Source of the DNA: Asterias rubens
Lineage: Eukaryota
Assembly: GCF_902459465.1 (NCBI RefSeq)
Contig: NC_047068.1
Coordinates: 6,882,001 to 6,946,000, forward strand
Direction of reading: 5' to 3'
Length of the DNA: 64,000 nt
The notes under the pieces are model-generated. The model saw nothing but the letters and a program-made list of their open reading frames with translations, had not been told where the DNA came from and did no database searches. Positions 24,977 to 36,019 of this stretch are shown here, in pieces. Positions within the stretch are counted from its first letter, which is position 1. Each line of letters opens with the position of its first letter. The position numbers and the translations under genes are program-made.

Positions 24977-27900
24977 CTACCTCCTGCCTCCTTTGAAAAC
25001 CAAAGGCTCTCCATGGGACCCATGGTACACCCCATCTGAAAAAGGGAACAAACAAAGGTTTTACAAAATGATGCATACTTTTTCATTTTTGATGTATCAA
25101 GTAATAAACTGACTGGGTACATTTTTAAAAATTTTAGCTTAAACAAAAGCCAATGCTCTACCAACTGAGCTATCTAGCCCTAATGTTGACGGTGTCTGTA
25201 TTTTGTCAAAATCTTTGTTCTTGGATGCCAGTCAAAAGTAATTCAACCTGTAACTGCCATATAGCCAGGTATCAAACCAAAGTTCACGATACAACTTCAG
25301 GGGATGCAACTTTCATTTCAATTGTGAAATAGTAAAACTATTCTCTCTTGGTTCAACCATCATTCTATGTCAATTGTGGAATAGTAAAACTATTCTCTCT
25401 TGGTTCAACCATCATTCTATTTCAATTGTGGAATAGTAAAACTATTCTCTCTTGGTTCAACCATCATTCTATTTCAATTGTGGAATAGGAAAACTATTCT
25501 CTCTTGGTTCAACCATCATTCTATTTCAATTGTGGAATAGTAAAACTATTCTCTCTTGGTTCAACCATCATTCTATTTCAATTGTGGAATAGTAAAACTA
25601 TTCTCTCTTGGTGGTTCAACCAACTTGTTTGACCTCTAAGGGCCAATTTCTTGATGCTGCTTACCACAGAATTCTGTGCTTACTCTGCCAAATAAAGCAT
25701 CTGATTCTGTGGATTGTAAACACAGAATTCTGCGGCAAGCAACGTTATGAAATAAGCCATTCGCAAGTAAGATTTAAGCTGGTACAATGACCTGCTTAGT
25801 CACATTGACCACTTACATCTGAATTCCTCAGACTAATCGAGGAAGTTGCTATGTCAAATGGTTCGAGGCAAGCCTTTGCATAGAAGCCTCTAGATGAGCA
25901 AACCCTGGTACCGTTGTACCTTACACATTCATTCAGAATTGTGTATGGGTGTTCACCGTCTCTTATGCAACTAAGCAAAAGCTTGCTCCAGAAATCATGT
26001 GACATAGCAACTGTCTCGATAGTCTGGGGAATTCAAATTTAAGTGGTAACTTGTGATCAAGCACATCATTGTACATTCAAATCTAACACTATTAATGGCT
26101 TATTGGATCTGGATGAAGTGCTAACCTTGGGTAGCCATGGGTACTCTGTGATGATCAGTGTGCCTGCCGTCAGTATTTAACACCTTTGAGGATCTTGCTG
26201 TGTCTCGGCTCGGCAAAGATTTCTTGCTGTGTACAAAGTGGCTCAAGATGCTGTAGAGGAGGGGACTAAAATAAACAATAACAATAGTTATGCAAAAATA
26301 ATAAATAATAATAATAATAAGACTTGTAATGCGCACATATCCACCCTGCTGGGTGTTCAAGGCGCAGTAAAACCAAAAACAAAACAAAAAAACAAAACAC
26401 AACACAAAGAAAAACAGACACAACAAAATTAGTCATTGAAAACCTGTGACATAAGATAAGTTTTGAGAAGAGACTTGAATTTTGCAGTACAAAGACAAGA
26501 TCGAAGATTAAGTGGTAGAGAGTTCCAGATGCGTGGCGCGGCTGAAGAAAAAGACCTGTCACCCCATGAGTGTCGAGACTTGGGTTCAATGAGGAGAAGC
26601 ATAGAACTTGATCGAAGATTCCTTGATGGAGTGTAAACTTGAAGCAGTTCAGAAATATAGTGGGGAGCCTTGCCATTAAGAGCTTTGTGGACAATGAGCA
26701 TCAGCTTGAAGATGATTCGTTGAGAGATAGGGAGCCAGTGTAGTTGTTTCAGAATGGGGGTGATAGAACACGATTTTCTAGACAGTGTCACAATGCGGGC
26801 AGCAGTATTTTGGAGCCGTTGAAGTCTGGAAATCTGGTTGTTAGGAAGACTGTAGAGAAGAGCATTGCCGTTGTCAAGACGAGAAGTAACAAATGCGTGA
26901 ATGACCTTTTCAGTGGCACTTTTGTCCAAGTACTTGCGAATCTTACCTATATTCCTGATGTAATATGATGATAAACGAACAATGTTGTTGATGTGTGGCT
27001 GAAGTGTCATTGATGAATCAAAAATAACCCCTAAGTTCCGAGCTTTCAGCGAGGGAGCTATCCGAGCATCACCGATGGAGATGTATGGCACTGAAACCTT
27101 AGTTAACTGTTGACGTGACCCAAATAGAAGGAACTCTGTCTTATCATCATTTAACTTCAGGAAGTTTTGTTGTGTCCAACGTCGAATCTCTTGGATGCAT
27201 TTCTCAAGTCTTGCAATAGATGCATTGGCGTTTTCTTGAGAAGATTTAAACGTGATGTATAGCTGAGTGTCGTCTGCGTACACATGGTAATTCAGATTAA
27301 ATTTCAGGATGATGTCACGAATCGGTAAAGTGTATAGCGTAAACCACTGCGGCACAGAGTAGTTCAAAACAACAGGGTCGGATATCGCAGTGCCAATACA
27401 TACATGCTGAGTTCTATTGTAGAGATACGATTTGCACCATGCTAGGGCTGTGTCCTCTATGCCAAGGTGATTCTGGAGCCGAGAGAGAAGGATGTTGTGA
27501 TCGACAGTGTCAAAAGCAGCACTCAAGTCTAGCAGGACTAGTGCTGTAAGGTTACCATTGTCCATTGCAGAGAGAATATCGTTGCTCACACGGACTAGTG
27601 CAGCCTCGGTCCCATGGAAAGGCTTGTATGCTGACTGGAACACGTCGGACAGGTTGAAAGTATGAATGTGATCAGAGAGCTGATTTGAGTGGCTGCTGTC
27701 AGGCGCTCAGTAGTAAGACTGTTACGTTTGACCCTAGAAGAGTCTTAATCAAGGCTAGCCCTTTAGCCTTTGAGACAGAATTTGCAATGGCCAAAACCTA
27801 AGGCCTTTGCAACTGAGGCCTCTGCGTACAAAACAGCTTGTTTTGGTTGGTAAGCAGTTTGCAATTGCTTTACGACTGTTTCTTGAATTTTGATGAGGAA

Positions 27901-30498
27901 AATCATGATACAACAGTGCTAATCCTTCTTAAAGATTTGTTGCATCTCTTCACCCAGGGGTATAGGTACCTGTGAGTGCAGAGATGGTTCTTGTGATTGA
28001 TTTAGCTTAAAGCCATTGGACACTTTCGGTAAACAGTAATGTCCAAGGCCCACACTTCGTGTATCACAACTGTTATGTAAAATAACAAACCTGTGAAAAT
28101 GTAGGCTCATCGGCCATCGGAGTCGGGAGAAAATAACGGAAAAACCCACCCTTGTTTTACCACGTTTCGCCGTGTCATGACATGTGTTTAAAATAAATCG
28201 GTACGAGAATTGATATTGTTTTAATGTTTTCTAGAAAAGTAAAGCATTTCATGGAATAATATTTCAAGAGAAGACTTTCACCATTACCTTCTGTAAACCC
28301 TGTAAGTTATTTGTAAATCTGGTAACTTTTATTTTTTGTTCTGTTCCGAAAGTGTATAATGGCTTTAAGGGAGCTTAGTAAATAATACTAATAAAGACTT
28401 GTAATGCGCACATATCCACCCTGCTGGGTATCCAAGGCACAGGTAAGGAATGACCCAATTAAATAAATGGCCCAATGACCAGTGAGGGGTATAGGGTTTG
28501 AGCTGCATGAAAATCATTGCTAAACAAGTTAGAGCCCTACATGTATATGAGAAGCCACGATTGTTATCAATAATAATAATAGTAATAAGACATTTGTAAA
28601 GCGCCTAACGCAAAAGCCTCTAAGCGCATAAAAGAAACAAAAAATAAACAATTAGAGAAAGATACAAGATACAAATAGGCAAATTACAAAAAAGAAGCTT
28701 TAAATAAATCAAGAAGCTTTAATCAAGAACATTTAAAGATAAAATAAAAATGTCCACTGACACAGAAGCTGTATCTCTGTCTTCGGTAATGTTGAGTTCG
28801 TTGACCAGAAACTCCCTGTCGAGTGGCGTCTGTGGTTGGCCAGATTCTGAAGGAAAAAAAGTGAGAAAACAAATTTAGAAAAATTATTTGTTGGAAATAA
28901 GGTGATTGTTAAATTTGCAGAGTAAGTAAGGATGTAGGCATAGGTATCACCCACTAGGAGCCTGGCTGGGAGAGCAGAATGTACTACCTTCACAGGTAAA
29001 CTTGGTATTTCTAAGTTTGCAATCTTTTGAAATAATCTCAAGTTCTGGTTTTCGACCTGTACTCTCATCTCAAGTGTTAAGGTCGCATTAAGTAGGCAGC
29101 TTTTAAGTCATGATCACAAAAGTGATTTCAGTAAAAATATTATAGGGCCATAAAATTTGGAGGAAATCAAATAGACTGGCCTGTTAATGGGGGCTATGTA
29201 GGAGTACTCCTAAAATAGTTGGTTCCACTATTGTCTTGTGGAAACAACAGCGGAACAAACCTGTAGTTCCATGAGTGCTTTTTGGCGACCCCAACCAAGC
29301 CAACAAGTCGGTTACCGGTTGGTCTGAACAGCATCGTCACCATGGTTCAACCGAACACGTGAAAACGCTCAACCAATGACCAAAGTTTCTGGCTGGGTCG
29401 CCAAAACCACTCCAGGAGTAGGTCTTGGTGTATCATGACACACGCACCTGCAGTAAGCACCGATGATGTGTATTTATATTTGTTGAATTCCAGGTACTCT
29501 CGGATCAGTTCATTAATTAGCATATTCTCATTACTGAGCGGAGGTCGAGGGTCGCTCTGGTCATCTAAGGCATGGAATACCTCCGAGCGAACTCTGGCCT
29601 TGATTTGACCCATGACCCCTCTGGATTCTAAGGTCTCTTTCAGAACTGAAGTAGAGAAAGAAAAAAGTACTAAATTATCAAAAGATTTACAAAATTTCTA
29701 AATTTCTATTAGAAAAAATTTTCTATTTATTTTAATTTTTTTTCTACTCCAATGCTAAATAAGAAATCACACTGCTGCCTCAGTGTTGTTGCTGAATGAG
29801 GTGGGTTCACATTGATTACCTGCTGGGGATATTCTAAAGTATGGGGTTTGTTCCGCTATCGTCTCCACAGTGGTACTAGGGACCGGTACGGGGTACAGTA
29901 GTTGCAATAATCGTAACCGTCCATCCTCCCAACCATCCCTCCCGATGGTAGTTGCGATAACGTAACCCTCCTCCCGACGGCCACCAGGCGGCAACGTAAC
30001 CCTCCTCCTACCGCATCATACGTCAATTTATTAGAGGTATTTTTTTTTTTTTGTGGTAAATATGAGTTGTGGCAGAAATACGGAAATCTTCCCCTATTTA
30101 ATAACTTGCCTAACTTTATAATCACCTTAATTAATTTTTTAAAAAATTATTTAGTTCCATCAACCATGCATCAACCATGCTAGTTCTACATGATTACGGG
30201 GCAAGTAGATCCAAATCGACTTTGATCATGGACTCATTGCTAGAAGAAAGAATGATTGATCTTGATCTTAAAAAATGTTTACAGTTACACTGCTGCTGTG
30301 CTGAGCTGAGTCACTGAGTCTGAGTGAGAGTGTCAGGACAGTGTCCAGGTAGGTGTCACGGTTTCAAGCCCTAACTAAACAAAACACAGAAATAGTTTCA
30401 GCAGTCACACCACTCATATTCAAGTTAAACATTTGATGCCAAGTGAATACATATTACAATCATGAATTACCAGCTTTAAGTTCTTGCACGGATGTCAT
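24977..30498 (-). CDS. CEP20: Centrosomal protein 20 / FGFR1OP N-terminal-like (LisH domain), 5 exons, 169 aa
   Basis: Minus-strand exons 30498-30471 (MTSVQELKA), 29645-29448 (LKETLESRGVMGQIKARVRSEVFHALDD...NMLINELIREYLEFNKYKYTSSVL), 28846-28762 (SGQPQTPLDREFLVNEL), 26265-26126 (PLLYSILSHF...) and 25035-24977 (GVYHGSHGEPLVFKGGRR*). Total 510 nt, GT-AG, phases consistent. The last exon is the least certain. Confidence 0.9.
25317..25610. repeat. 52-bp tandem repeat, about 5.7 units, each with a 7-bp hairpin
   Basis: Unit ttcaattgtggaatagtaaaactattctctcttggttcaaccatcattctat; period 52. Located in CEP20 intron 4. Confidence 0.95.
26297..27688 (-). mobile_element. 5'-truncated L2-clade LINE (ORF2 reverse transcriptase and C-terminus, 3' UTR, (TTA)n tail) in CEP20 intron 3
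   Basis: More than 400 open codons with RT motifs FQSAYKPFHGTEAAL, LLDLSAAFDTVDH, YADDTQLY, KLNDDKTE, RNLGVIFD and LHWLP, ending AAPRIWNSLP...FKSLLKTYL. L2-type 3' end gcgccttgaacaccc...gtgcgcattacaagtc(tta)n. No endonuclease domain. Confidence 0.93.
28011..28364. mobile_element. Kolobok-like MITE, family K2 (second copy 52444-52807, inverted)
   Basis: TTAA|agccattggacactttcgg ... ccgaaagtgtataatggct|TTAA. The internal sequence matches the 52444-52807 copy in reverse complement. Confidence 0.85.
28380..28632 (-). mobile_element. Two solo LINE/SINE 3'-tail stubs
   Basis: 28380-28442 is nearly identical to the 3' end of the LINE at 26320-26370. 28570-28632 is a related (aat)n...tgtaaagcgcc...aagcgc stub. 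Confidence 0.7.
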
Positions 30499-30612
30499 CT
30501 TTGCAGCTTGTTTGGGGACAATATCTGACTGCAGTTTTCAAGTCGCCGTCAAAATCGCGGGCAGTGTTTATAAAGGGCGCCCTCTTCTGCTGACAATACG
30601 TTATTTAGAATC

Positions 30613-33408
30613 ATGGCGTCCTGGGAGACGAGTTTCTATGCAATTTGTGTGTCCATTTGTGTTCAAATTTTGTCGGGTGAGTAGCTTCATTCTGCCTTTA
30701 AACTAATGTTATTTGGAAGATTTAACATTGACAAATGTATGGTTTAAATTGAATGTCGATATAGGGTAACTAAAAGGATGAATTTCAAATTTAATTCGCC
30801 AAAACTTTTGACATGTTAAATTGTTATGTTTGTTGATTTTGATAAATGGTTTTCATTGGAGATTCTTTTCATTCATGTCATCCATTGCTGATCTCCGCCA
30901 ACAACCAAACACTTTTTCAATATGCCGTTATTACGCTCTATACAGCGCTATAAAGCCCTAATAGGGCGTTATAATGCCTTATTTTACAGCGTTATAATGC
31001 CCTATATATATTACTATTTACGCCGTAATAACGCCCTAGCTATAGTCTATACCGTAACCTTGATATAGCATTATAACGCCCTAAATTTAAGGCGTAATAA
31101 TGCCCTAATTGAGGAATATAAGGGCGTTATTACGCCCTAAAATAACGCCCTATTTAGGGCGTCATGTGCCATACTTGAAAAAGTGTTTAGTTATTGGCGG
31201 AGATCAGCCACCGTACGTATGAAGTCGTACTAAAATCGTGGAATGCCAATGAATGCCAGCCAGTCAATTCGCCCCCACCATCAAATTCGCCCAACACAAA
31301 GTCGCCACTCACAACCCCTGACTTGTAGTTAGTACATGTATGATGTAGTTGGCGAGTTGGCACTTGCATACTGTGTGTGGGGATGGGGGCAGGTTGACTG
31401 GATTCCATTGCATGTGATGTACTGTCAGATTGTTGACTATTTTGCTTAATTAATTAAGTACTGACATTTTCTTAAATAGGGTAGAGGTAGGTAGCTGCAT
31501 TTGAAGTATTAAATTTACACAGTAAAAAGTTTAAAAGTTCCAGAATTTGTTAAAATTCGTTTTGATTGAATTGAATGCTGCCAATTTCATAGAACATTTT
31601 TTTCTTCATGTTAAAATGAAAGAATTATGTTTGTCAAATAAACAACTTACAAGTTTCCTGAATAATTATTACAAGCAATCAAACAGAGATATTTTTGCCT
31701 TTCTGATTCAGTTTTTCAATGTAAGAATTTTTTCTGACTTAATAATATTCTTTTCTTTCTCAGTACGGACCAACACATGGCAGAACCCTTCTTGCGTCAT
31801 AGTGGACCCTAATTCAGGTCCTTGCTTGGACGTCTTCTTGCGTTACTTTGATGGCTACGAATCAGCCATTGGGGCAGGGGAGCTTGTCCATCATGAATGG
31901 GTCGAGTACCTTGGCTACGTTTACGACTACAATGACGAGAGTGATACAGATTGTCAAATAAGTCAGTTGAAGTTTGATGTTTTATTATTTACTTTTATCA
32001 GGCAAAACGGTTAACAGAAAAAATTCAATAAAATACAAAGAAAACAATGGGGGGCAATGCAGGGGGGGGGGGGAGAAGGGAGAACGTTGAAACCCTAAAC
32101 AAGACACAAATGAACAACAGATAAAACCCAGATACAACACTGAAACAGAGATGCATGCCTGAGAGATTGCCTAAAAATCTTAGAAACTTCTGGAGAGTCC
32201 TTCCATGTAGGAAGGAAGAGAAGGAGCTCGAACGACCCGCAAAACCGTAGAGTAACAGAAGAATACCCTGTCAATGCCCCTGTCTGACCAGTGGAAAAAA
32301 AATAGGAGACCTCCAGCTGGACGGCCGATTAACGAGCAGGATTAGATCTCTTTGCACAGAAGGTGTGGTACCGCCACTCTGCACCGTTGCCTTCGTGTAA
32401 AGTTGAATCATTGGAGACAAGAATTGTGAATATACACGTTTTCATTTACCGTTTGTGGTGTTTCACTGAAACATCATGGCATATTTTTACATTTTTTGTG
32501 ACTTACCGGTCACTAGCGGTGGTTCAAAATTTGGGTAATAGCACACGAGGGTGGTTGGTATTCAATTGTGTTTTTCGATTTGGTGGGCAAAAGTGTACAC
32601 AATTTTTATCAGGTCTCAAAAAAGTTGTTTTTTTCTGTATTATATCCATACGAAATACGACACCATAGTTGAGTGAAGAACCAAGTGCGCACGAGCAAAC
32701 TCGCATACGCCAGGTCGCTCATTGTCTGTATAAGGTATGTGGGTGATTACGAGGTGTCATTAAACGACCGCGGTACCACAAGTTCAACTTTTGAAGTCCC
32801 TTCGTTCGAGCTCCTTCTCTTCCTTCCTCCATGGTCCTTCCAACTTCACCTGCTCAATGGAAAAAAACAAACAAAACTTAGAAAAGATGTGGCAATGTAA
32901 AGGGCAAGACAATGAAAAACTCCAGTTGGGGTGGTAAACAACACCAGCAAAAGCAAAACAAAGTACCCTGGCAGGAAAAGCCAGAAGTGACAGAAATCCA
33001 CTTTCAAAGTGACTGACCTTTGGTTTTAGACAACCCCACCCTTACAAGAAGGAATACACAATACCCAGCCATGCTGTGCAACTAGAAAATAGACCTGTAA
33101 AAAATACAAAATTCAAAAGTTAAATCTGGACCTGCCAGCTAATTTCTTTTTTACTCAATTCCCCAGGGCAATCGTCCAAAGGCAACGAAGAATTCACCAA
33201 TGTGACTTGGACAAGGGATGGCTTCTCAACATGTACCCAGAGAGACGTAGATAACTTTAACAGCTGGTGGGATTTTGTCTGCGCAGGACACTGCACAGAG
33301 GATGATAACTGCAGGAGATATCCCATCTTTTTTGGGCAACATCTTTGGAATAATTGCTCCTGGGATGCCGATGAAGAGAAACCGTCTTATGATTTGAGGC
33401 TTCCTTGA
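30613..33408 (+). CDS. Unrecognised secreted Cys/Trp-rich acidic protein, 3 exons, 167 aa
   Basis: Exons 30613-30676 (aatcATGG start; MASWETSFYAICVSICVQILS; donor G|GTGAGT), 31764-31961 (acceptor ttcttttctttctcag; donor A|GTCAGT) and 33167-33408 (acceptor ttctttttactcaattccccag; TGA stop). Lengths 64+198+242 = 504 nt; both introns phase 1; no internal stops; exons GC-richer than flanks. Confidence 0.75.
30885..31210. mobile_element. MITE with TIRs of about 35 bp and internal ataacgcccta/gcgttat subrepeats
   Basis: gctgatctccgccaacaaccaaacactttttcaa ... ttgaaaaagtgtttagttattggcggagatcagc, in intron 1 of the orphan gene. Confidence 0.75.
32204..32833. mobile_element. 630-bp non-autonomous P-superfamily-like element
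   Basis: TIR of about 30 bp catgtaggaaggaagagaaggagctcgaacga / tcgttcgagctccttctcttccttcctccatg; perfect 7-bp TSD GTCCTTC at 32197-32203 and 32834-32840. CA-N-RG termini with a 7-8 bp TSD are the P-superfamily pattern. Confidence 0.75.
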
Positions 33409-33981
33409 AGAAAATTGCTAAAGAAGATGAGGGGGTGGGCTGGGGATGATAAAATTTGGGTCAGGGTTGCACCAGACAAACAGGGCCCAATTTCAAAGCT
33501 CTATGAAATCAGGCCACTTTTTTTTTTTCATTTTATTTAGACCTCATTCCAGTAATTTTTACATCTCATTGTAAATATAATTACTATGCACATCAAAACA
33601 AGACTGAAATTGTCACATCTAGGAGAAATGATTCCAGAACATAGTCCACTTTTTAATACTTGTAGTGGAAATGTTGGTAAAGTTTTATATTTTGGATGTA
33701 ATTCCTTTAAGTGGTCACCTTTGGAATGAATTATATAATTTATTTTGTAATAAGTCTTCTGTGCTATTATTAGATTTGCTTGGAAAAAACACCATGCACT
33801 TTATTTAACCACTTTAGATCTTTATTTGAAATTGATGTCTTTTTTGTATATATTTTGTCAATTGAGTAATTTCTAATGGTTATGGATAACTTTATATTGA
33901 TATGTTGAAGCTTTGGAGAACTTAAAATTGTATCGGAAGTAATCTTATCAGGATTTTTTTTTTGCAAAAACAATGTTAATG

Positions 33982-34090
33982 ACCTGATGTTTTGACCCCA
34001 GCAGAGTCTTTCTCTCAGGCTAAATATATTTTTTAGCTATAACCTTTTTAGCCTTGGAGAAAGACTCTGCTAAGGTTGAAACATCAGGCC
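33982..34090. mobile_element. Inverted pair of short Penelope-like terminal motifs forming a hairpin of about 110 bp
   Basis: cctgatgttttgacccagcagagtctttctc ... gagaaagactctgctaaggttgaaacatcagg. The PLE assignment is from memory of similar termini. Confidence 0.45.
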
Positions 34091-34320
34091 ATTAACTATC
34101 TTTTTAAATTGATACCGTAGGTGCTTTTGGTTGATAAGTTGTTTGCAACAGCTAGTTCTATTTTCTCAGGATTTATTTTAGCAGAGTATAAGTTTTGTTT
34201 TTGTAGATTAAATGCGCAGTCACATTTATGGGTTCACGTTTTATTCAAAGATACAATTAGGAACAACAGATTAAATTTTTTGTAGATCTTGTATTTGACA
34301 ATCTCCAAGGTATTTGTTAA

Positions 34321-34866
34321 AGGGAAGGTACACGTTTGGTAATTATTTAAAACAAGTATTAACTTAAAAACTGACTTGGTAACGATCATTGGAGAGCTGT
34401 TGATAGTATAAAACATTGTGGGAAACGACTCCCTCTGAAGTAACGTAGTTTTGAGAAAGAGGTAATTTCTCACTAAAATAATAAAAGACTTCTACCCTAG
34501 CTAGAAGTCTTTTATTCCTATCTGAAAGCACACAAATTCGTCAACCAGGGTTTTTTTTTTCTGTCATAATTTTCTCGCAACTTCGATGACCAATTGAGCC
34601 CAAATGTTCACAGGCTTGTTATTTTGTGCTTATGTTGAGATGCACCGAGTGAGAACACTGGTCTTTGACAAGTACCAAACGTGTACAGTGCATTTAAGCC
34701 TGGTTTATACTTCCTGCGAATGCGATACAAATAGTGACGTCCCAGCCTTGTTTTCGCTGCGAATTTTTCCCCAGAAATTGAGCGCATTTCAACTGATGCG
34801 AATTATTCGTTGGGAATTTGATATGTAAAAATTTGTATCGCATTTGCAGGAAGTATGAACCAGGCT
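34321..34866. mobile_element. Diverged Kolobok-like K1 copy (34321-34693) abutted by a family M MITE (34697-34866)
   Basis: TTAA|agggaaggtacacgtttggtaatt...aagtaccaaacgtgtacagtgcat|TTAA; then agcctggtttatacttcctgcgaatgcga...gcaggaagtatgaaccaggct with TTA TSD. Confidence 0.8.
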
Positions 34867-36019
34867 TTAGTCTTTACTGAGTGTAACTAACTGTGTTTGA
34901 TAATTGATTTATAAATATGTTGAAATAAGTGTGCTAATCAGTGGTGATGAAGTGCTATTCTCGAGCTATAACACCATGGGTAGACAGTACACCTCACAGA
35001 TCCATACCTCGATTTGTTCAGATTTTAGAATTATAAAAATTGGGCATAGTAAAATGTCAGAATTTTAGACTTCAAATATAAATCGCGATTTAATCGAATA
35101 TCGCGATACTTTTTAGCCGATATATCGTGGGATAATAAAAGAAATATCGCCCAAGCTTATTCTCGACATGAACACCATAAAACTGGTTCCTAAGATTGTG
35201 GCTGAGCATTTTGAATCATGACATATCTGATTATAAATTTGTTTATCTGTGTAAATGTTTGATTCCGTCCATAAATTTTATAATGATGTAAATAAAATTC
35301 TATATTTTCCTTTGAAAAAGTTATTTGAACCTGTTGCTGAAAATTCCAAGTGGTCCTTATTTGCACATATTGTTTTCACATGTGATTATGATTAACATCA
35401 TTTCCTTCATTCGCCGTACAACATTTAATTTATTTAATAGCCTTTTTTTTCCAGCAGTTATAAAGGGCCTTAGTTCAAATCCGGCTACAAATAGATTTTT
35501 CTTTGTTCAATCCCAAAAAATCATTTAAACATTCACCAGTCAGTTTCCCTTTGGGCTTTATTTGTGTCTGTAATAAAGTGTTTGTGATGTTCAAAGTGCG
35601 ACATTAAAATTTCATTTACAGTCATTTTTTTATGCTAAAGACAATGAAATCAACAGAAAGTGACCTCAGAAAACTTATTTCCACAAACCACAAAGTTTGT
35701 TAGGAATAGGAGTTGTGTGTAAAAGCGGTCTTGATTTCACTTCTTTCAATGTTAAGTTACCTAATGGTCTTATTTATAGAGCTTACAAATAGTGCTTATA
35801 CATTTTCTGCTAAGCCAAAAAATAAGCAGGAGACCAGTCACAAATTTGTTTGACATTGATCACTGCATTATAATATTTTGTTGATGGTTCCCTGGCTGAG
35901 ATCAAATTTTGTTGAGGATCAAGCTCTATTTATTGGGCCCTGTGCTCGCCTGCCAGACCGTAAAAAGTGTGTAGCGCCCTCTGTCGTCGCTCGATGGTCA
36001 TCCACGTGTAGCACTCAAA

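Noticed and set aside
25821-25900. Extra CEP20 exon ending at GAT|GTAAGT (25827)
   Set aside because: The required phase-1 frame contains a stop, and the protein is complete without it.
31790-31850. Kunitz domain in the orphan protein
   Set aside because: Only the first C...GPC...RYF segment fits; the C-x2-F-x-YGGC-x-GN-x-N-x-F pattern is absent.
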